Shown: positions 1 through 10,173 of the stretch, piece by piece | How the letters are laid out: each line of letters opens with the position of its first letter | Numbering within the stretch: the stretch's first letter is position 1 | DNA from: an uncultured Candidatus Methanogranum sp. | Lineage (GTDB): Archaea > Thermoplasmatota > Thermoplasmata > Methanomassiliicoccales > Methanomethylophilaceae | Assembly (NCBI GenBank): GCA_963676045.1 | Contig: OY780938.1 | Location: forward strand, 200,915-264,914 | Length of the DNA stretch: 64,000 nucleotides | Direction: 5' to 3' | Notes under the pieces: generated by a model | Databases searched by the model: none | What the model saw: only the letters and a program-made list of their open reading frames with translations | Told to the model about the DNA's origin: nothing | Program-made: the position numbers and the translations under genes

Positions 1-1212
1 ATAGATCCAGATTCCGGAAAGGTAACAAAGATACTTATTGGGGACCAGGAGAAGACATTCCTGTTCACGGATCTCAACGGCAAGAAGGCAATGGGCAATG
101 TTTTCTCCACGAGGAGAAAGATCGCGGATTCAATGAATATAAAGCCCGAGGATATTGTTAAAAGTCTGATGTTCGCAATAGACAATCCCAAGGATGTGAA
201 GGAAGTAAAGAATCCTGAATTCAAGGCGAACAATTCAAATCTCGATCTTACAAAATTGCCAATACCGAAGTATTTCCCGGAGGATGGTGGGCGCTACATC
301 ACAGCAGGCATAATAATCGCCGAGTTCGAAGGCAAGAGGAACGTATCTTTCCACAGGATGATGATAATGGATAAGGACCATATCGCAGTCCGTCTTGTAC
401 CCAGACATCTATTCACGATGTTCACCGAGTCCAAGAAACTTGGTAAGGAGCTCAATATTTCGATATGCGTGGGTGCACCGATAGAGGTACTGTTGTCCGC
501 GGCCGTATCCATGGACTATGGCTCCGATGAATTGAGGGTCGCATCCTCTTTGAATCAGATAGGTCACGGATCACCTCTGGAAGTCGGAAGGTGCGACAAT
601 GGGATATTGGTCCCCTCATCGTGCGATTATGTCATGGAAGGTAAGATAACCCTTCAAACAACCAAAGAAGGTCCATTCGTGGACATAACGGGCACATATG
701 ATTGTGTGAGGGATCAACCAATAATAAAGATCGATAAGATATGGAACAATTCCGATCCATATTTCCACTTGCTGCTTCCCGGCGGATATGATCACTATCT
801 GTTGATGGGACTTCCCAGGGAGCCGATGATGTTCAAGACCGTAAGACAAGCCGTGCCAAGGGTGAAGAGCGTGCGCCTTACCGAAGGAGGATGTTGCTGG
901 CTCAATGGTGTGGTTTCCATAACGAAGAACAAGGAAGGTGACGGAGTGAATGCCATATTGGCAGCTTTCACCGGTCATCCATCTATGAAGAATGTCATAG
1001 TGGTCGATGAGGATATAGACATTTTCAACGACCGCGAGGTCGAATGGGCTGTGGCCACAAGGATGCAAGGCGACAGGATAATCAAGATCCCCGGTGCCGC
1101 AGGTTCCTCATTGGACCCCAGTACCGATGGTACCACATACAAGGTAGGGTTCGATGCAACGATACCGATGGGCGCCGATAAGAAACTGTTTAAAAAGGCG
1201 ACATTGGAATGA
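1..1212 (+). CDS. UbiD-family decarboxylase, 5' end outside window
   Basis: Frame 1 is open from base 1, with no stop before the listed ATG at 91, so the N-terminus is cut by the window edge. The FPEDGGRYITAGIII...VSFHRMMI core is typical of the UbiD family. The stop overlaps the next start (ATGA at 1209-1212). Confidence 0.8.
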   Translation: MDPDSGKVTKILIGDQEKTFLFTDLNGKKAMGNVFSTRRKIADSMNIKPEDIVKSLMFAIDNPKDVKEVKNPEFKANNSNLDLTKLPIPKYFPEDGGRYITAGIIIAEFEGKRNVSFHRMMIMDKDHIAVRLVPRHLFTMFTESKKLGKELNISICVGAPIEVLLSAAVSMDYGSDELRVASSLNQIGHGSPLEVGRCDNGILVPSSCDYVMEGKITLQTTKEGPFVDITGTYDCVRDQPIIKIDKIWNNSDPYFHLLLPGGYDHYLLMGLPREPMMFKTVRQAVPRVKSVRLTEGGCCWLNGVVSITKNKEGDGVNAILAAFTGHPSMKNVIVVDEDIDIFNDREVEWAVATRMQGDRIIKIPGAAGSSLDPSTDGTTYKVGFDATIPMGADKKLFKKATLE

Positions 1213-2735
1213 CCATGAGATTCGAGGATTTCCGTGAAGCTACATGGAAGTTCCACTGCGGAGAACTGGGTGTAAAGGAATATAAGGGCGTATCAGGTAA
1301 ATTCGGCAGTTACGCCCAGAAAGGCGCGGGCACTCATATGCTGCGCCTTCGTATGACCGGAGGGTCGATAGACAAGAAGGACCTGAAATTCATTGTCGAT
1401 TGCATCGACAGATACAAGATCGATCTTGTGCACATGACAACTTGCCAATCCATACAGTTCCACAATCTCGACAAAGATGAAGTCTGCGAGATCATGGAAT
1501 CCGCATTCGAACATGGGATATCTACATTCGGAGGAGGAGGGGATTTTCCAAGGAATGTGACCGCATCCCCACTTTCAGGGGTTGAGATGGGAGAATTCTT
1601 CGATGTCCTGCCATATGCAAAAGCGACCGAGAGGTATCTTATGCCTTTGATAGGCGATATGGTGTTGCCAAGGAAATTGAAGATTGGATTCTCGAATTCT
1701 TCGAACAACGAAGTGCATGCAACATTCCGGGACCTTGGATTCTTAGCAAGGTCCGATGATAATTTTGATGTCTACAGTGCGGGAGGATTGGGGAACAATC
1801 CTCGCATGGGATTGTTGGTAGCAGAGTCCGTGAGACCATCTGAGGTATTGTATCATGTCAAGGCGATGATCGGTCTTTTCAAAGAACATGGAAATTATGA
1901 GAACAGGGCGAAGGCCAGGACGCGCTACATGCAAGAGACCCTCGGAGAAGAGGGATATAAGATCGCATATCTGGGTAAATTGAAGGAAGCGCTCCTGGAA
2001 GGTGGCCTCGACATTCAGGTCCAAGACAAGTCGAAAAATAAGAAAGCAAGAGGTAATGTCGTGTTAACGTCCCGGGTGCACGTACAGAAACAAGACGGCC
2101 TATATTATGTATCATATCATCCAATAGGTGGAGACCCAGATCCTAATAAGTTCAAGGAAATATACGAGACCATAAAGGATATGCCCGATGTAGAGCTACG
2201 TATATCTCCAGAACAGACGATGTTCATTATAAACTGCAATGCGGAAGAGGTCTCGAAGGTACAATTTGCAACCAGAGATGGTGCGAGGGACATTCTAGAG
2301 ACGTCGATCGCATGTATAGGTTCTAGCATATGTCAGCAGGGATTAAGGGATTCCAATGCCCTTTTGCATCAATTGGTGGAGATGTCGAGAAGGAATCAAT
2401 TTCCAGATGGGGCACTTCCACGTTTGCAGATATCAGGATGCAATTCTTCATGTGCTGCGCACCAGATAGGCACGATCGGATTCCAAGGGACTTCTGCGAA
2501 GAGCACATCCGGTGAATCCTTTTCTGCATTCAATCTGTTCATCAATGGTTCGCATGTTGCAGGAAATGAAAGATTCGGTCAACAAATGGGCAAGATGGCA
2601 CAGGACGATATACCCTCATTCTTGGAAGATATCGGGAAAGCAGTCATAAGTGAAGGAACGGACTTCAGATCTTGGTATGTATCGCACAACGATGATTTCC
2701 TCGACATCGTCGGAAGATTTCTGATAAAAGATTGA
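1209..2735 (+). CDS. siroheme-type sulfite/nitrite reductase-like protein
   Basis: 508 aa. Carries a CX5C (ACIGSSICQQG) plus CX3C (SGCNSSCAAHQ) cysteine pattern, as in siroheme-[4Fe-4S] sites. N-terminal half resembles nitrite/sulfite reductase ferredoxin-like half domains. Confidence 0.75.
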   Translation: MTMRFEDFREATWKFHCGELGVKEYKGVSGKFGSYAQKGAGTHMLRLRMTGGSIDKKDLKFIVDCIDRYKIDLVHMTTCQSIQFHNLDKDEVCEIMESAFEHGISTFGGGGDFPRNVTASPLSGVEMGEFFDVLPYAKATERYLMPLIGDMVLPRKLKIGFSNSSNNEVHATFRDLGFLARSDDNFDVYSAGGLGNNPRMGLLVAESVRPSEVLYHVKAMIGLFKEHGNYENRAKARTRYMQETLGEEGYKIAYLGKLKEALLEGGLDIQVQDKSKNKKARGNVVLTSRVHVQKQDGLYYVSYHPIGGDPDPNKFKEIYETIKDMPDVELRISPEQTMFIINCNAEEVSKVQFATRDGARDILETSIACIGSSICQQGLRDSNALLHQLVEMSRRNQFPDGALPRLQISGCNSSCAAHQIGTIGFQGTSAKSTSGESFSAFNLFINGSHVAGNERFGQQMGKMAQDDIPSFLEDIGKAVISEGTDFRSWYVSHNDDFLDIVGRFLIKD

Positions 2736-2740
2736 TATCA

Positions 2741-2759
2741 GGAGGTGCTAAGCACCTCC
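2741..2759. terminator. 8-bp GC-rich hairpin between convergent genes
   Basis: ggaggtgc-taa-gcacctcc is a perfect inverted repeat lying between the stop at 2735 (+) and the stop at 2767 (-). Confidence 0.4.
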
Positions 2760-2766
2760 ATTAATC

Positions 2767-4074
2767 TTAATTCCACCAATCGCCGTTCCTGCGGTCTATG
2801 GTCTCGTCTCTTTCAGGACCGATGCTGATTATATCCGCTGGAACTTTCAGTTCGTTCTCGATGAATGCGATATAATTCTTCATTTCCTTTGGAAGTTCAT
2901 CATATCCGCCTTTTACAACGGACTTGGTATCATTCCAGGATTTCCATCCTTTCATGTCTTTGTATACAGGTTTGGCCTTCTCAAGTTTTGAGATGGATGC
3001 AGGGAAATATTTCTCTTTCTTTCCATCTATCTCATATGCGATACATACTGGCAAGACCTCATAATCGTTAAGGACATCCAATTTGGTGATAGCGAGAGAT
3101 GTGAATCCGCACATCCTCGATGCATGTTCTGCTACAACAAGGTCCAACCAACCGCATCTCCTTCCCCTTCCAGTCGTTACACCGAATTCGCCACCTTTCA
3201 TCTGTAGCTTCTTCTCGGCCTCTCCGGATAGTTCTGTTACGAACGGTCCTTCTCCGACACGGGTGGTGTACGCCTTCAAACATCCAAGTACCTCATCGAT
3301 CCTGCTTGGGGCTACACCTGCACCTGTGCAGATCCCTCCGCCACATGTAGCGGAAGACGTCACGTAAGGATATGTTCCATGATCTATGTCCAACATTGCT
3401 CCCTGGGCGCCTTCGAACATGACGTTCTTGTTCTCGTCCAACGATTCATTTATGAGCACGGATGTGTCGCATATGTTCTTACCTATGAGTTTCTTCCAGC
3501 CCATCATTTTGTCGAATAAGGACTCTACGGTGCATTCGCATTTCTCCGCGTCCAGCATATCCATGAGGTCCTTTTTGTATGGAAGTACGAATGAGAGCTT
3601 CTCTTTCAGGACATCCTCTTCCTGGAGGTCACCGACCCTAAGCCCTATCCTTGCAATCTTATCTTGATAGGTAGGTCCGATACCTTTCTTCGTTGTACCG
3701 ACCACGTTCTTTCCGCGGTATTTCTCTTCTGCGCCGTCCAATTTCTTATGGTACCCCATGATAAGATGGGCCCTGTCAGATATCCTCAGGCCTTCGATAG
3801 AACAGCCATTCTTCTTGACCTGATCTATCTCCTCGATGAGCTCTTCCATATTGACTACGACACCGTTACCGATGACAGCAATCTTTCCGGGCCTTACGAC
3901 GCCTGAAGGTAGTCCGTGAAGTTTGAAGACCTTGTCACCCACAACGATAGTGTGGCCAGCATTGTTGCCCCCTTGAAAACGAACGATGAGATCAGCGTTC
4001 TCATCCAGATAATCTGTGATTTTTCCTTTACCCTCATCGCCCCATTGGGCTCCAATGATTGCAAGACTCGGCAT
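2767..4074 (-). CDS. purA: adenylosuccinate synthetase
   Basis: 435 aa with N-terminal QWGDEGKGK P-loop and GNNAGHT motif; full-length family match. Confidence 0.95.
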   Translation of the reverse strand: MPSLAIIGAQWGDEGKGKITDYLDENADLIVRFQGGNNAGHTIVVGDKVFKLHGLPSGVVRPGKIAVIGNGVVVNMEELIEEIDQVKKNGCSIEGLRISDRAHLIMGYHKKLDGAEEKYRGKNVVGTTKKGIGPTYQDKIARIGLRVGDLQEEDVLKEKLSFVLPYKKDLMDMLDAEKCECTVESLFDKMMGWKKLIGKNICDTSVLINESLDENKNVMFEGAQGAMLDIDHGTYPYVTSSATCGGGICTGAGVAPSRIDEVLGCLKAYTTRVGEGPFVTELSGEAEKKLQMKGGEFGVTTGRGRRCGWLDLVVAEHASRMCGFTSLAITKLDVLNDYEVLPVCIAYEIDGKKEKYFPASISKLEKAKPVYKDMKGWKSWNDTKSVVKGGYDELPKEMKNYIAFIENELKVPADIISIGPERDETIDRRNGDWWN

Positions 4075-4115
4075 GATTGTACCTATCCCTCTCAGACCGT
4101 CATCGTCTATAAAAG

Positions 4116-5228
4116 TTATCTCTTGGAACGGATAGTCTCAGGGCTTATGGACGAGTATATGGACACAACTTCTTCCGTTGTGAGGTCGGTTTTGAAGGAA
4201 GTGGGGCAAATATGTGTTTTTGATGCATGTCCGCTCATATTGAGTGCATCTATCATATCTTCGAGTTTCGGAGGGGATAGTTTCGTATGCGATGACAGTT
4301 CGCTCATATCATAGAGGAACACCTCATCCAGTTCGTTCTTCCATATGTCCAACATCTTGGTGCATCTTTTCTCGGTGGCCGTGTTCTCGGGGGTCATCCT
4401 GTTGATCGTATCCTTATCATGCAGGGGTCCTAACCAAAAAGGCCCTGCCACATGTCGAGTGTCGTATCTCAAAGAGGTCGACCTTTCAAGGGTCAATGGG
4501 TCATAACCCATGTACCCCAGTTGTGCAAGCGTCCTATCTGCGGCCTCGGCACCTTCCAGCACCTGTATGTATGTTCTGAAGTAGTGGTCGGCGTAGAAGG
4601 AGAGCAACGGCCTCATTCCGCGATCGAATTTCGCCAATTCCTTTGCTATGGTGCACATGAGTATGCGGAGCCCGCCTTCATGGCACATATATCCCCTTAT
4701 GGGTTCGGATTGGTATCTCCTTCTGCATTTTATCGCATGCGCGCCTGCAAGCGGTGCGGTATCCGTAGCGGTTATGGCAAGGATCCCATTCTTCCTGCAG
4801 CCTATTATCGCGGATTGTATGAAAGGCACAGGGGAACCAAAGGGGTCAAGGTCAACATAATCAAAGGATTCCTCAGCAAGCAGGGAATGCATGTTCCTGT
4901 TCGAAGCTTTGCAATTCGAGAGATTGTTGAGCTGGATATTCGCATTTATATAAGGGAGGGCATCCGGGTTGATGTCGTTCGCTGTGACGATGGTATTCGG
5001 TACTTCATTGGCTATGCGCACGGCTCTAGACCCGGTAGCGGTCATCGCATCGCAGACGGTGATCCTATCTTTGGTCAGGGAGCGTAGGAATATCACGCTC
5101 ACATCCCTGTTGAATGCCATCTGTTCATTGAAGAATACATTTCCGTTCTTCGTGCCTGGCCCATGCTTCGAATGGTCTTCAGGCACGATTATCGTGGTGG
5201 GACCCTCTTGTACGGTTGCTTGTATCAT
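4116..5228 (-). CDS. trm1: tRNA (guanine26-N2)-dimethyltransferase
   Basis: 370 aa. FFNEQMAFNRDVSV and DAMTATGSRAVR (SAM site) are typical of archaeal/eukaryal Trm1. Confidence 0.9.
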   Translation of the reverse strand: MIQATVQEGPTTIIVPEDHSKHGPGTKNGNVFFNEQMAFNRDVSVIFLRSLTKDRITVCDAMTATGSRAVRIANEVPNTIVTANDINPDALPYINANIQLNNLSNCKASNRNMHSLLAEESFDYVDLDPFGSPVPFIQSAIIGCRKNGILAITATDTAPLAGAHAIKCRRRYQSEPIRGYMCHEGGLRILMCTIAKELAKFDRGMRPLLSFYADHYFRTYIQVLEGAEAADRTLAQLGYMGYDPLTLERSTSLRYDTRHVAGPFWLGPLHDKDTINRMTPENTATEKRCTKMLDIWKNELDEVFLYDMSELSSHTKLSPPKLEDMIDALNMSGHASKTHICPTSFKTDLTTEEVVSIYSSISPETIRSKR

Positions 5229-5827
5229 TAGACGTTTTCACCGTTCATAAGGCGAATGATCTTGTACGGTAAAAGATTCCTGTTAGTAGGAGTGACTTCG
5301 AGTATCCTCACATCATCTCTCCTTCTGATGTCTTGTAGAAGTGGGTTCCTGGATTTTTTATGAAGTGTTAGTATCATGGGTTTGTTTATGTCAAGCGCAT
5401 CCTTGACAGCATCAATGAAGGCCTGGCTTTCCACCTCGACTTTTCCTACTTCATCGATGACTATGACATCGCATTTCTCACATGCGTCTTTTATGGCGGT
5501 GATGCTGACCTCTTCGAATTTCGATAGGTCCACGCCGATCTTGCCTATCATAATCTTGCTCTCGATCTCTTGACTTGCGAATATCTGTGATTCTCCAGTC
5601 AAAATGTTCTTCACTGTGAAACCTGTTTTGTGTCTGCCATCGGATATCGGTTCGTCTATCATACCGCCAATGGTCAGTTCCTCTTCCTTCAGCATATCTA
5701 TTACGCGAAGCAATGTGTATGTTTTTCCTGAACCCGGAAGTCCTGTAATGCCAATCTTAATGTCGTTAATCATAGTATCGCTTGAAGGAAGTCTGCGTTC
5801 CTGAATGTCGTTAAGAATATAAATCAA
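5228..5827 (-). CDS. P-loop NTPase, THEP1/MJ1559-like
   Basis: Walker A GLPGSGKT and Walker B VIVIDEVGKVE with a ~180 aa core. An alternative ATG lies at 5773. Overlaps neighbours by 1 and 4 nt. Confidence 0.7.
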   Translation of the reverse strand: MIYILNDIQERRLPSSDTMINDIKIGITGLPGSGKTYTLLRVIDMLKEEELTIGGMIDEPISDGRHKTGFTVKNILTGESQIFASQEIESKIMIGKIGVDLSKFEEVSITAIKDACEKCDVIVIDEVGKVEVESQAFIDAVKDALDINKPMILTLHKKSRNPLLQDIRRRDDVRILEVTPTNRNLLPYKIIRLMNGENV

Positions 5828-6204
5828 TTTGTCTGGATATTCGAGATGAACATGAGAGGATAGTTCAATTCCTTGTTAAAACGCATCTCCGCGGTCACAA
5901 TCGTATCATCTATCCTTATTTTCAACACCACGTCTAGCATCTCTCCGGTGAGCGAGCAATAGGAGTATTCATCCTTCTTTTGGGTAAGGGCCCTCCGGTC
6001 TATCTTGACCTTCACGCTCTCAACATAGGGTTGTACCAATACGCCGCTCTCGATGGACCTTTCGAGGACCTCTACGTTATCCGCATTCACAGGCACACCT
6101 ACGAATTGATGATAGATCGTACCCATCTTTATGCCCGCTTCGAAAAGGGCACGTTCTCTGACAGTGCAGTTGAATATATCCGCTGCACAGGCCTCTCTGT
6201 CCAT
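5824..6204 (-). CDS. MptD-type dihydroneopterin aldolase family protein (DUF381-like)
   Basis: 126 aa. ALFEAGIKMGTIYHQFVGVPV resembles the archaeal MptD family consensus as I recall it; this is not search-verified. Confidence 0.55.
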   Translation of the reverse strand: MDREACAADIFNCTVRERALFEAGIKMGTIYHQFVGVPVNADNVEVLERSIESGVLVQPYVESVKVKIDRRALTQKKDEYSYCSLTGEMLDVVLKIRIDDTIVTAEMRFNKELNYPLMFISNIQTN

Positions 6205-6258
6205 ATATTGGGGTAGACAGGCGTAAGATTTAAAGAATGTGTGCTATACTGAGGTTCA

Positions 6259-7161
6259 ATGGTATCTGTTAAGGATCGTATCGAGCAACTAAAGAAAGAG
6301 AAGAACGCAGTGATATTGGCGCACAACTACACATCAGCGGATGTGCAGGACCTGGCCGATTTCGTGGGCGATTCATTGGGCCTTTCAATAAAAGCCTCGA
6401 AGACGGATGCCAAGATAATAGTTTTCTGCGGGGTCTCCTTCATGGGAGAGACCGCGAAGATACTCAGTCCCAACAAGAAGGTGCTGCTTCCAGAACCAGA
6501 GGCCCACTGCGCGATGGCATCGATGTGCAGTGCCGATCAGATAAGACAGATAAAGAAGGAGAATCCCACCTATTCTGTGGTCGGATATGTCAACAGCACG
6601 GCGGAATCAAAGACTGAGATGGATGTATGTTGCACATCGTCTAACGCATTGAATGTCGTGAGGACATTGGATAACGATAAGGTCATATTCGTTCCGGACA
6701 AGAATCTCGGCGCATATGTCAGATCCAATGTTGATAAGGAGATGATAATATGGGATGGTTTCTGCCCAGTGCATCAATGCATAACCGTGAAACAGGTCAA
6801 AGACCTCAAAGAGAAGCACCCGAATGCCAAGGTGCTTGCGCATCCTGAGTGCAGGATGGAGGTATTGGCGCTCGCAGACGGCATAGGGTCGACAGAGAAG
6901 ATATTGTCAGAGGCCAAGGAACTAGATTCTGAGGAGTTCATCATACTCACAGAAGTGGGGATGAGGCACAGACTCGAGAAGGCGTGTCCTGGTAAGCACT
7001 TCTATTTCCCTGTTCAAGCTGTCTGTATGACGATGAAGATGATAGAGCCCGAGTCCATATTGAAGGTACTGGAGGAGGAATGCAATGAGGTCATACTTCC
7101 AGATGATGTCATGAGGAAGGCATACATCCCAGTCAAGAGGATGACGGATATCTCGGGTTGA
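6259..7161 (+). CDS. nadA: quinolinate synthase
   Basis: 300 aa with the AVILAHNY N-terminal motif and conserved Cys residues in three repeats (CGVSFM, HPEC, CMTM). Confidence 0.9.
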   Translation: MVSVKDRIEQLKKEKNAVILAHNYTSADVQDLADFVGDSLGLSIKASKTDAKIIVFCGVSFMGETAKILSPNKKVLLPEPEAHCAMASMCSADQIRQIKKENPTYSVVGYVNSTAESKTEMDVCCTSSNALNVVRTLDNDKVIFVPDKNLGAYVRSNVDKEMIIWDGFCPVHQCITVKQVKDLKEKHPNAKVLAHPECRMEVLALADGIGSTEKILSEAKELDSEEFIILTEVGMRHRLEKACPGKHFYFPVQAVCMTMKMIEPESILKVLEEECNEVILPDDVMRKAYIPVKRMTDISG

Positions 7162-7214
7162 GGGTAATTCACCTTTGTTCTATTCATCCAATATTTTGTT
7201 CAGACAGTAAAAAC

Positions 7215-7222
7215 TTATAATA
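7215..7222 (+). promoter_or_regulatory. TATA-box-like element upstream of trkA
   Basis: ttataata lies 31 nt upstream of ATG 7254 in an AT-rich intergenic region. Confidence 0.35.
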
Positions 7223-7253
7223 TACATGCCTCTCAGGAGTCTAGGCGCTGCTC

Positions 7254-8606
7254 ATGAAGGTGATCATTGTAGGAGGTGGGAATGTTGGATATACTTCTGC
7301 CGAAGCTCTTTGCAAGGTACATGATGTACTCGTTATCGAGAAGGACTCGGTGAAAGCGGATAACATAAAAAGTCTCCTGAATGTATCTGTACTGCATGAG
7401 GATGGAAGCAATCCGAAGGTCCTCAGGTCTGCGATATCGAGGATGGACGCGGACATAATATTCTCTGCGGTCCCGGATGATGGATTGAACCTTTTCATCG
7501 GCATGATCGCCAAGCGTTATAAGCCGACGATAAAGACCGTGGCATGTCTCAGGGACCCAGATTATGAGATAAAGACCGTTTCTGAAGGATTTGAGGGTAT
7601 TGACATGTTCATTTCCCCTGAGCAGATTATGGCCGACAAGATAAGCAAGATAGCTTCTTTGGAGAACGTCGTCCAATACGATTATATCGAGAGTAAAGGC
7701 GCTGCACTCGTCACATTCAAGGTAGAGAATGAGCACGAGGTCGTAGGCAAGGTCGTCATGGAGATAGACATGCCAGATAATTGCTCCATAGTCGCAATAT
7801 ATCGCGGAGATAACACGATCATAAAGACGGAGACCGCACAGATACATGCCGATGACAGGATATGCATGCTGGGCACTCCGGAGGCAATAGTCTCATTCAA
7901 CAAATTGATGGGTATAAAGAGAGAGGCCAAGGAGTACGTCATAATCGGGGCTACCGTATCAGGTATAGCGATTGCGAAAGCGATATCCATGTCGGGTAAG
8001 AGAAAGTTCATAAAGATCATCGACAGGAACGAGGTCAGCTGCAGGAATGCCGCAAGGGTCCTGAATGATGTCATAGTGGTGAACGCAGATATCGCCGATC
8101 CTCAGATAATGAGGGGCGAGAACATCGATAGGGCCGACGTCATAATCAGTGTATCACCGAATGATGAGCGTAATCTCCTGGCATGCATGGCAGGATTGAA
8201 ATTCGGTACCAGGAAGATAATCTCCAAATATTCGACGGAGGAATACGAGGAGATCTTCAAATATACAGGAATCGAATCGATAATCGGTTATCATCGTATA
8301 ATCTCAAATGAGGTCACAAAGAATCTGATATACGACGAGAACGCCATACTCGTCCTCGATCATGAGGATGAATATTTCTTCGGCGCAACCATAGACGATA
8401 AATCGAGCATGGTGAATCGTTGCTATGGAGATATCAAGATTCCAGAAGGAGTTCGTATCGTCGCAATCATAAGGAAGAATAAGATAATATATCCGAGGAT
8501 GAACACGATCTTTTTGAAAGGTGACAAGGTCATGGTCTTTGCTCACAATGCCAATCCAACCAAATTGGTAAAGTTCATGGGGCATGAGACCCCAGTGGAG
8601 TTGTGA
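7254..8606 (+). CDS. trkA: Trk K+ uptake system NAD-binding subunit
   Basis: 450 aa with two Rossmann/RCK repeats (IIVGGGNVG and IIGATVSG). Confidence 0.9.
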   Translation: MKVIIVGGGNVGYTSAEALCKVHDVLVIEKDSVKADNIKSLLNVSVLHEDGSNPKVLRSAISRMDADIIFSAVPDDGLNLFIGMIAKRYKPTIKTVACLRDPDYEIKTVSEGFEGIDMFISPEQIMADKISKIASLENVVQYDYIESKGAALVTFKVENEHEVVGKVVMEIDMPDNCSIVAIYRGDNTIIKTETAQIHADDRICMLGTPEAIVSFNKLMGIKREAKEYVIIGATVSGIAIAKAISMSGKRKFIKIIDRNEVSCRNAARVLNDVIVVNADIADPQIMRGENIDRADVIISVSPNDERNLLACMAGLKFGTRKIISKYSTEEYEEIFKYTGIESIIGYHRIISNEVTKNLIYDENAILVLDHEDEYFFGATIDDKSSMVNRCYGDIKIPEGVRIVAIIRKNKIIYPRMNTIFLKGDKVMVFAHNANPTKLVKFMGHETPVEL

Positions 8607-10171
8607 GGATGTTCAATGATCTGAGGCTACGCCTAAGGCATATGGCGAGATGGAAGAACAGCACCATCAAGATATTGGGTGCTGTGGAATTCACTTTGGG
8701 CCTCCTATTGATCATCCCTTCGATAGTGGCATTGATGTATGGCGAGGATCCATTCTACTTCATCGCCCTCGTGCCTCCGCTCATGATAGCAGGTGGCCTG
8801 CAGTATCTTTTGTTCTCAAAGGATAACAAGATGTCACCTGCAGTAGGCATACTTATGATGACCGTGGCATGGTTCGTGGCGTTCTTCGTCATAGCGGTGC
8901 CATTCTATATTTATGGATTCGAATGGTACGATGCTCTCTTTGAATCTGTGAGCGGATTCACGACCACAGGTTTTTCGATAGTTCCTAATGTGGAGACATT
9001 GCCTCATAGCATGTTGTTCTGGAGATCATTCTCTCAGTGGATAGGAGGTGTGTCGGTGGTCATAGTGTTCATGTTCCTATTGCCAATGATGGGTATAGGC
9101 GGACGTGCATTCATGACAAATGAATTGACAGGTACCGACATGGAGAACTATTCAGTAAGGATGAAGAGCGTGGCAATGAGTTTTGTTTTGATCTATGTCA
9201 TGTTTTCTTTGATGGAGATAGTTCTTCTGATGCTGTCGGGATTGAGTCTTTTCGATTCCACATGTCTAACGATGTCATGCATATCGACGGGAGGATATGC
9301 ATTGTTGTCGAATAGTGTAGCATCATATTCATTCACGGTGCAGTTGATATTGGTCATATTCATGTTCCTAGGAGGAACAAATTTCTATCTGCACTACAGG
9401 ACCTTGTACAAGCGCGACTACAAGGCCTACGTCAGGAGTCAAGAATTCGTCTGGACATTCATATGGTTCGTCATCGCGATATTCCTCATACTCTTGTCGA
9501 TAATAATCTTGCAAGGGAAGATAGGGGACTTCGGCGGCAATGCTTGGAATGCCACGTTCACAGTGGTAACATTCGGTACGGCCACAGGATTCACAAATTG
9601 CGATTACACATTATGGCCTGCCGCGGCCTCGTTAATACTTCTCTTAGTTGCATTCATAGGTGCGATGTCCGGTTCTACAGCCGGAGGTATCAAGATGTAT
9701 AGGCTGATAATACTGAAATCATATGTTTCATATGGTTTCTATAAGATGCTCCACCCGCACGCTATAAGGGATGTGAAATTCGATGGTCGTACAGTGGATA
9801 ATGATGCATTGATGTCAGCGATCGTGATAACATTATCATTCATATTGGTGGCGATCGTAGGAACAGCATTGATAGCATTGGCAGAACCCAACGCTAGTCT
9901 CCTGGATTGTCTGGGGCTCTGCATCCCAAGTATGGGAAACGTAGGTGCAGGATTGGATAATTATGGTCCTACAGGTTCGCTTGTGAATCTTACGCCCTTC
10001 ACGAAGTTAGTCATGGCAGCATTGATGTGGATAGGCCGTCTCGAGGTATTCATGGTCCTGATATTGTTCACAAGGGCATTCTGGGAGGATGTGATATTGA
10101 ACACCAATCACTCGCATAAGCACGTGGACAGAAAGCCTTTGTTCGAGTCAATGTATAGAAAGAGGAGATAA
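8603..10171 (+). CDS. trkH: Trk-type K+ transporter membrane subunit
   Basis: 522 aa polytopic membrane protein with repeated pore-loop-like motifs (GFTTTGFS, ISTGGY, TATGFT). GTG 8603 overlaps the trkA stop; an alternative ATG lies at 8609. Confidence 0.9.
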   Translation: MRMFNDLRLRLRHMARWKNSTIKILGAVEFTLGLLLIIPSIVALMYGEDPFYFIALVPPLMIAGGLQYLLFSKDNKMSPAVGILMMTVAWFVAFFVIAVPFYIYGFEWYDALFESVSGFTTTGFSIVPNVETLPHSMLFWRSFSQWIGGVSVVIVFMFLLPMMGIGGRAFMTNELTGTDMENYSVRMKSVAMSFVLIYVMFSLMEIVLLMLSGLSLFDSTCLTMSCISTGGYALLSNSVASYSFTVQLILVIFMFLGGTNFYLHYRTLYKRDYKAYVRSQEFVWTFIWFVIAIFLILLSIIILQGKIGDFGGNAWNATFTVVTFGTATGFTNCDYTLWPAAASLILLLVAFIGAMSGSTAGGIKMYRLIILKSYVSYGFYKMLHPHAIRDVKFDGRTVDNDALMSAIVITLSFILVAIVGTALIALAEPNASLLDCLGLCIPSMGNVGAGLDNYGPTGSLVNLTPFTKLVMAALMWIGRLEVFMVLILFTRAFWEDVILNTNHSHKHVDRKPLFESMYRKRR

Positions 10172-10173
10172 GG

